Assembly (NCBI RefSeq): GCF_001194135.2
Contig: NC_068991.1
Location: forward strand, 74,661,457-74,699,760
Origin: Octopus bimaculoides
Taxonomy: Eukaryota
Length of the DNA: 38,304 nt
Reading direction: 5' to 3'
A model generated the notes under the pieces. It worked only from the letters and a program-made list of their open reading frames with translations. It made no database searches and had not been told where the DNA came from. Positions 32,178-38,304 of this stretch are shown here, in pieces. Each line of letters opens with the position of its first letter. Position 1 is the stretch's first letter. The position numbers and the translations under genes are program-made.

Positions 32178-32874
32178 ATACAAAGGAGTCATCCTGCTCT
32201 GGACTGGTTTCCCATCCTGTGGGGATGTCTAGGCCAGAGAAACTGGGAAACCAGCCCTGTAAATCTTGAAGAACAATGTGGACTAACCATATATTTCACC
32301 TTTCTAAACATGACACTAAACTACCACCTGAGCCTGGAACTCATTGTCATCATCATCATTGTCATTACCATTATCCTTCATAACATTGTCATCATCAGCA
32401 TCCTCATTTATAAGGAGCATAATTATTTAATCTGTTGAGTCTATCCCAGTGTATTACTGTCATAAATTTCATTGACCCCTTGTGGGATGAAAAGCAAACC
32501 AAACCTCTGTACGATTTGATTATAGAACATAATAGGAGATTACTAACTCCCTATGAGGACCCCTACTGTTTCTGTCTCTTCAATGGTTTCAGTCTTGTTA
32601 GGAGGTTATTTGCATAATGAACCGTTAATTAAACCTGGTTAAAGTACTTGGTAAATGATAAATGAAGATATCAGGTTGAGTCAAAAGTTGTTTTGGCATT
32701 TCAAACTTTAATTACATGAAATCATTAATTACATGCATCAAACAAATTACATGCAAAAAGCATTTAAAAACCCATCCTATTATATTCTATTGTCTGTTGT
32801 CATCATTGTGCATCCATTTTCAACCTCATCCACATGGTTGAATCTCCATCCATGCAGGAAAGGAATTATGGCTC

Positions 32875-33730
32875 AGAAAAAGTGGTAACCTGATGATGCA
32901 AGGCCTGGACTGTAGGTAGGGTGAGTCAGCACTTCTCGCCCCTGAAGTTCTTCAAGTTTACACTTGGCCACATTGGCAGTGTGTACTGGGGTATTGACAT
33001 ACTGCAGGAGAGTGTGCCTTTGGTTGACTAATGCTGGGTTGTGGGCTTTCAAAGTTTCATATACTCGCTGCAGTTGTTGAACATAAAGGTTAGTGTTCAC
33101 AGCATGACCATCTGGGACAAACTCAAAGTGCAACACACCCTTGAAATTCCAACAAACACACAACATGACCTTCTGTTCAAACCATTCTTGTTTGACAACA
33201 GGTTCTGAAACCTGGCTGGAATAAAACCACTGACTACTCTTATTAGGAAAATGAAAATAGATCCATTTTTGATCCCTCAGTTGCAATTCAATGCTAAAAT
33301 TAGGCATTTTGAGCATTTGCTAGTAGTTGTTTGCTAATATTCACATGTTATTGAGTCTGGTCATTGGTCATTTCATGAGGAGCTTCTCAACAGCATTTAT
33401 TCACAAGACCAAGTTTATGGAGGTGTCGATTGAAGGTGCTTTGTGAAGGGCCAAGTTCTCCTGACAATGTATGAGTGTTTGTGCTTGGCTGTTGTACAAC
33501 CATTTCAAGCGAGGCCTAATCTTCCACGACAGAAGGTCTCACTGACCTTGGTTTGTCTTTGAAGCTGGTGTCACCTTCCTTGAAATGTCTGAACCAGTTT
33601 TATGTTACGTGTTCATTGACAGTTCCTGGGGGCTTCCACATCATTAATTTCTTTTGCCTCTGCCCTTGCAGTCAGAGCCAAAAGGTGGCATAAAATGGCT
33701 CAGATTGCAATTTTTTTCACTGCTCATTAT
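32875..33730 (-). pseudogene. Mariner transposase pseudogene
   Basis: NWFRHFKEGDTSFKDKPRSVRP (HTH, WF..F..GD...ED.PRSGRP), QKVMLCVCWNFKGVLHFE, LLQYVNTPVHTA (HDNARPH decayed), EVLTHPTYSPGLASSGYHFF (YSPDLAPSDYHLF decayed). Stops and frameshifts present. Confidence 0.9.
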
Positions 33731-33796
33731 TGAAGCTGTAAAATAAAGAACACACCATTAATGTTAATCTGTTATTTTTGAAAATAAAGAAGAAGC

Positions 33797-33993
33797 AGTT
33801 GTATGCTGTCAACTTAATGTGACAGTCCCATGAAGGGAATAATACTACTGTTGTTTAGACCTTGGAAGTTGCACTGCTTCCTGTCAACCTTGACACATTT
33901 CCTGTGTCCTTATGTTTACAAAGGGGAGACAAGCACCTCCACCCAGCTTGTAAACATAAGGGCACTGTCACATTAAGTTGACAGCATACAACT
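33797..33993. repeat. Perfect 30-bp inverted repeat inside the mariner 5' non-coding region
   Basis: agttgtatgctgtcaacttaatgtgacagt (33797-33826) is the exact reverse complement of 33964-33993. Confidence 0.95.
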
Positions 33994-34211
33994 ACCTCAT
34001 TGTATCACTACTGCATAAATCTCTGAGAGATTTAGAAATGTATTATTTCTAAAGAAGAAACAATTCAGTAGTGACTGGACAACAAGTTGTATCAAAATAA
34101 TAACATGGAGATACAAGTTGCCAAGAATCCTCATTGAAAATCCAAAAATAACTTTTGACTCAACCTGGTATGCAAATATACTTCAGCATTTATTGTAGTC
34201 TGTACAAGTGA

Positions 34212-34529
34212 AGGCATGTGGCTTAGTGGTTAGAGCATTCGGCTCACAATTGTAAGGTCATGAGTTCAATTCATGGAGGCATGTTGTGTCCTTGAGCAAG
34301 ACACTTTATTTCACGTTACTCCAGTCCACTCAGCTGTCAAAAATGATTAGTACCTGTATTTCAAAGGGCCAGCCTTGTCACACTCTGTGTCATGCTGAAT
34401 CTCCCTGAGAACTACATTAAGGGTACACGTGTCTGTGGAGTACTCAGCCACTTGCACGTTAATTTCACGAGCAAGCTGTTCCGTTGATCGTTTCAGCTGG
34501 GACCTTTGTTGTCGTAACCGACGGAGTGC
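34212..34529 (+). mobile_element. tRNA-derived SINE, near full length (ccttgagcaagacact / gggccagccttgtcac family)
   Basis: A-box tggcttagtggttagagc, B-box gagttcaattc. The 3' half is repeated at 34887-35062. Confidence 0.85.
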
Positions 34530-34544
34530 TCCTTCCTTCTTCAC

Positions 34545-34690
34545 AGGTGTGGCTGTGTGGTATGAAGTTTATTTCCCAACCACATAGTTCTGGGTTCAAG
34601 TGCATTGTGTGACACCTTGGGCAAATGTCTTTTACCCTAGCCCCAGGCTGACCAAGGTCTTGTGAGTGGATTTGGTAGACAGAAACTGAG
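34545..34690 (+). mobile_element. 5' half of the composite SINE family
   Basis: aggtgtggctgtgtggta..gggttcaag..ccttgggcaaatgtctt..gtgagtggatttggtagacagaaactga. Confidence 0.8.
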
Positions 34691-34886
34691 ATAAGCAGCA
34701 GAAAAGACTCCCATATTTCACACGGCCATCGTTATGACACTAATGAAATTTGGCAGCAGGTGGTGCTGGTGTCTTCATATACATAATGCCTTACCATTTT
34801 TTTCCAGTTACCATCATGGTTTGGACTGATGCACATCCTGCTCTACTCTTTCACCACAACTTTCTCTCACTCTTTCTGTTTCTGTT

Positions 34887-35062
34887 GTACCTGTAATTCA
34901 AAGGGGCCAGCCTTGTCATACTCTGTGTCATTCTGAATATCCCCGAGAACTACGTTAAGGGTACACATGTCTGTGGAGTGCTCAGCCACTTGCACGTTAA
35001 TTTCACGAGCAGGCTGTTCATCAGATCAGCTGGAACCCTCGCTGTCATAACTGACAGAGTGC
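34887..35062 (+). mobile_element. 3' half of the 34212-type SINE
   Basis: gtacctgtaattcaaaggggccagccttgtca...gagtgc, colinear with 34350-34529. Confidence 0.8.
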
Positions 35063-35530
35063 CACGATAAAGTTGTATATCAGGTACTGTTGAAAGGAAT
35101 ACAGAAAGATGCAGGGAAAAAGAAAGAATGAAAAGATGAAAAATTACATGGAAACAATGCCAACATCTCACTTCATGCGTGCTTTGTGTTTCAGTTGAGC
35201 AAATATTGAAACTAAAATATCATTGTGTGATAATTAACGCAACATTCAGTACATGATATAATTAAGTGGCTTATTATGTATGTGTTATTGTAATATCACA
35301 GTAATGCTGGTGTAATCAAGTCTTGGTCTGAGCATTGGTTTATGGAGTAAGGAAAGTACAGTTTCCATCCCATTTAGGAGATGTTTTCTTTTTTTTATAG
35401 GTTAATAGCTAAATTTAATGTCTTCATTGATTCTAAAATAGCCTGAATTGGCTGAGTTGTTGGTGTTTGCGGTAGTTATTCTGGTGCCTTGCATTAGGTG
35501 TTCAAACCTTGCTGAGGCCAACTTTGCATT

Positions 35531-36470
35531 TTATCTGTCTGGATTTTTATAAAGTATCAGCTTAGATGGGAGTGGGTGGGTTGGCAGAAATAATGGATTG
35601 GTTCCAGTTTCAACTGCCAGTGTTTCCTCTTCGAGATCGTTCACAGGTTCCTGATTGCACAGTGAGGTATCAAGCTTGGTTGGCATATCTTCCCCTGGAG
35701 CCAGATGTTTCAACAAAACCGTTTCCTCTCTGCTGCTCGATAAGTGTACATGGGCGTACTATGGATTGCATTCAAGTAATTCAACCTCTTCCACTGCTGG
35801 ATCGCATTTTGAGAGCCTCTGTTGTTTCTTCAAGGACACAGGTCCATTCTGGTAGTGAAGTCCCAAAAGTTGAGCAACAATAAAAATTGAACAGAGGAGG
35901 GATTGAATAGAGTGCAGAGAATTAAGGGGCACACACTGCCTGTGACTTGCACTCATTCCCTAACACCTCAGTGCCAAAGTAATGGTTTTCCATAAGGTTG
36001 AATTGAGCCTTTTGACCAGGCCATTCCCCGCTGGATTGTCTGGGGTCATCCTGTTGGTTGCTATGCTTTTTATCATGGAGGAATTGTCTCAGTTCAGCTG
36101 ACATGAAGGCAGCACCATGATCAGAATGGATGAAAGAAGGGAGTCCAAAAATCAAAAACAGTTGGTAGAGTAGCAGCTGATACATAAGAATACGCGAATG
36201 CAAATAGAAAGCAAGAAAATTCATCAATAATTGTGAGTAGATATTTGTTGTGATTAGTGGACGGCTGAGTGGCCTTCATAGGTTTAGCTGCCAGTGGCAC
36301 AAGAAACCTAAGCTTCAGGTCAGTGCATGTGGGACATTGAGATGTCACAGATCTTATGTCATGGGTGGAAAATGGTAGATTGTTTGACCGCACGAAATGA
36401 AGCAGTTTCATCACGCCTGGATGGTACAAGGAACCATGGTGCTGTATAAGGTCCGTGAGGGTAGAAGTTG
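35531..36470 (-). pseudogene. Ty3/Gypsy-type integrase remnant
   Basis: HHCC finger (HHGSLYHPG...CPTC), KYLLTIIDEFS, FGLPSFIHSDHGAAFMSAEL, NPAGNGLVKRLNSTLWK, and C-terminal DPAVEEVELLECNP..ETVLLKHLAP. Frameshifted, the segment with the first catalytic D appears deleted and the catalytic E reads K. No LTRs seen. Confidence 0.85.
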
Positions 36471-36471
36471 C

Positions 36472-36783
36472 TTTCCATGCTAGCATGGGTTGGACAATTT
36501 GACTGAGGACTGGTGAAACCAGATGGCTGCACCAGGCTCCAATCTGATCTGGCAGAGTTTCTACAGCTGGATGCCCTTCCTAACGCCAACCACTCCGAGA
36601 GTGTAGTGGGTGCTTTTACATGCCACCAGTAAGAGGGCCAGTCAGGCGGTACTGGCAACGGCCACGCTCAAAATGGTGTTTTTTACGTGCCACCTGCACA
36701 GGAGCCAGTCCATCGGCACTGGCAACGACCTCACTCGAATGATTTTCTAACGTGCTACTGGCACAAGTGCCAGTAAGGCGACG
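36472..36783 (-). mobile_element. RTE-type 3' module lacking its (GAT)n tail, fused to the integrase remnant
   Basis: gctttccatgctagcatgggttgg...gccagtaaggcgacg. The usual (cat)ncgtttaacgtcc end is missing. Confidence 0.88.
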
Positions 36784-37439
36784 TATATATATATTTAGTG
36801 TATATGTGCATATGTATACAGAACACATATATATTATATCTATATATATATATAAATGTACTTGTATGAATGCATTGTTGGTGTTTAGGTCCAGTCAACC
36901 CCTGTAGAGTCAATCCTTTAATCACATGCACTACAGCCATGGACGAACCATGTTTAACAGTTTTTGTTTTCCTTTCCTGTATGTTTGTAGGATTGCTGTC
37001 TCCAATGTGGTTCTACACCTGTGTTTAACGATCAAATGAAGGGGATTTAGTCACATAAAGGCTTTGTCTCTGAATCCTATAAACATATATGTACGTATAC
37101 GTGTGTGTGTGTGAAATACCTTGATAAAGTATGACCGTCTTGTATTAAATAATGACTCTCAGCATAGTTCCTAATATCTTTGGCACTTTTTTCTAAGATA
37201 TTAGGCTGTGACATGAGAGTGATTTGGCCACATAAAGTCTACCTCATTGGGTCATGTATGCATATAACTGTGTGTGTGAACATAAGAGGTATCTTGCTAA
37301 AGCATGACTTTCTTGTATTTGACAATGAATGCCAGCATATAGTTTCTTTCAACTCTTTTTTAGGTGATTCAGTGTACTTCATGCATGAAATTACAAGACT
37401 CTGTGACTCATATTTCAGAGTCATGTTCAAAGATTAATA

Positions 37440-37574
37440 TCTGTCTGTCTATCTATGTATCTCTCTCTCAGTCTATCTATCTGTCTATGTATGTATGTAT
37501 GTATGTATGTATGTATGTATGTATGTATCTATCTGTCTGTCTGTCTATCCATCCGTCCGGCCGTCCGTCTGTCC

Positions 37575-37607
<33 letters not shown>

Positions 37608-37630
37608 CCTATCTATCTATCTGCCTGCCT
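37440..37630. repeat. Compound tetranucleotide microsatellite (TATC/TATG/TCTG/TCCG)
   Basis: Direct reading. Explains the repetitive ORFs 37364-37706. Confidence 0.95.
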
Positions 37631-38211
37631 TCTGTCACCAGCAAAAGAAGAACACAGCAAGGTGGACTACCTACTTACAGCTAGATGGACTGAGCTAGCT
37701 CAATAGTGATTAGTCATGCCCATAAAGATATATATATATACACTACTGCACCACTGATAGAATACAAACCTATAAACCAGAAACCCTTTGAAAGTAAACT
37801 GGTAGTTAACTGACACGGGCAGTTCCATGCATGTATGTGTGTGTGTGTGTGTGCGTCAGAGAGAGGGAGAGAGGAGATGAAGGAGGGGGGGGACTCCTTA
37901 GTCATTTGTTAAAGAAATAAATTACTCACAGTGCTATCATATTTAATAGCCAAAACTCATTATCATTGAATTAACTGAAATGACTAATTACAAAAGAAAT
38001 AGCGGGAATTTACATATATACTTACATACACACACACATGCACACAAATCAGTCGTTGGGATGTAGTCATGCTGGGGGCACTGCCTGGAAGGGTCCAGTT
38101 GATTGTATGGAATGGGTCTTCTTCAGTATTTATTTTTAAGTTTTGTTCTTATTTAATGGGATCTATTTGTTGAATTGCTAAGTTATAGGATATGAACGTT
38201 AACTTAGACAC

Positions 38212-38255
38212 ATACACACACACACACATAATATGTATATACATATATATATCTG

Positions 38256-38304
<49 letters not shown>
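38212..38304. repeat. (CA)n/(TA)n microsatellite at the window end
   Basis: Direct reading. Confidence 0.95.

Larger units (their letters stand above)
32671..34168 (-). mobile_element. Full-length decayed mariner (Tc1/mariner, DD34D-type) DNA transposon, 1498 bp
   Basis: TA|tcaggttgagtcaaaagttgttttgg ... ccaaaaataacttttgactcaacctgg|TA gives TIRs with a TA TSD. Transposase motifs on the minus strand. Confidence 0.9.

Noticed and set aside
34212-34275. tRNA gene
   Set aside because: A and B boxes are present but the sequence continues into a SINE body repeated elsewhere (32047, 34887), and no convincing cloverleaf or acceptor stem is seen. The same applies to the other tRNA-like heads.
37364-37706. 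ORFs with MYVC/LSVC repeats
   Set aside because: Translations of compound tetranucleotide microsatellites.

Overview
Repeat-dense eukaryotic (animal) genomic DNA with four assembly gaps (N runs at 679-688, 11903-12359, 25861-25934, 27204-27213). The SINE/RTE repertoire looks like that of an octopus/coleoid cephalopod; this is inferred from repeat recognition, not from a database search. One host gene can be reconstructed by hand: a 7-exon PQBP1 (polyglutamine-binding protein 1) on the minus strand, 16761..6258. It has an 855-nt CDS (284 aa + stop), all introns are GT-AG and the exon phases join in frame. The ORF track misses most of it. Nearly everything else recognisable is transposon-derived: a head-to-tail stack of R4/Dong-clade non-LTR fragments joined mostly by (AAT)n tracts (1-2735), a Penelope GIY-YIG remnant, many RTE-clade LINE fragments with (GAT)n-tailed 3' modules, several tRNA-derived SINE families, TTAA-, TA- and 8-bp-TSD MITEs, a full-length decayed mariner (32671-34168), a Ty3/Gypsy integrase remnant, and micro/minisatellites. 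I found no CRISPR array, rRNA, true tRNA or prokaryote-type system, and no clearly novel multi-gene system. Best leads: (i) the AAT-associated R4 cluster, including one uninterrupted RT frame; (ii) a ~98%-identical inverted repeat pair bracketing PQBP1 exon 2 (dsRNA editing/circRNA candidate); (iii) a Cys/His motif upstream of the PQBP1 WW domain. All alignments and translations were done by eye, and repeat boundaries are approximate unless TIRs or TSDs are quoted.
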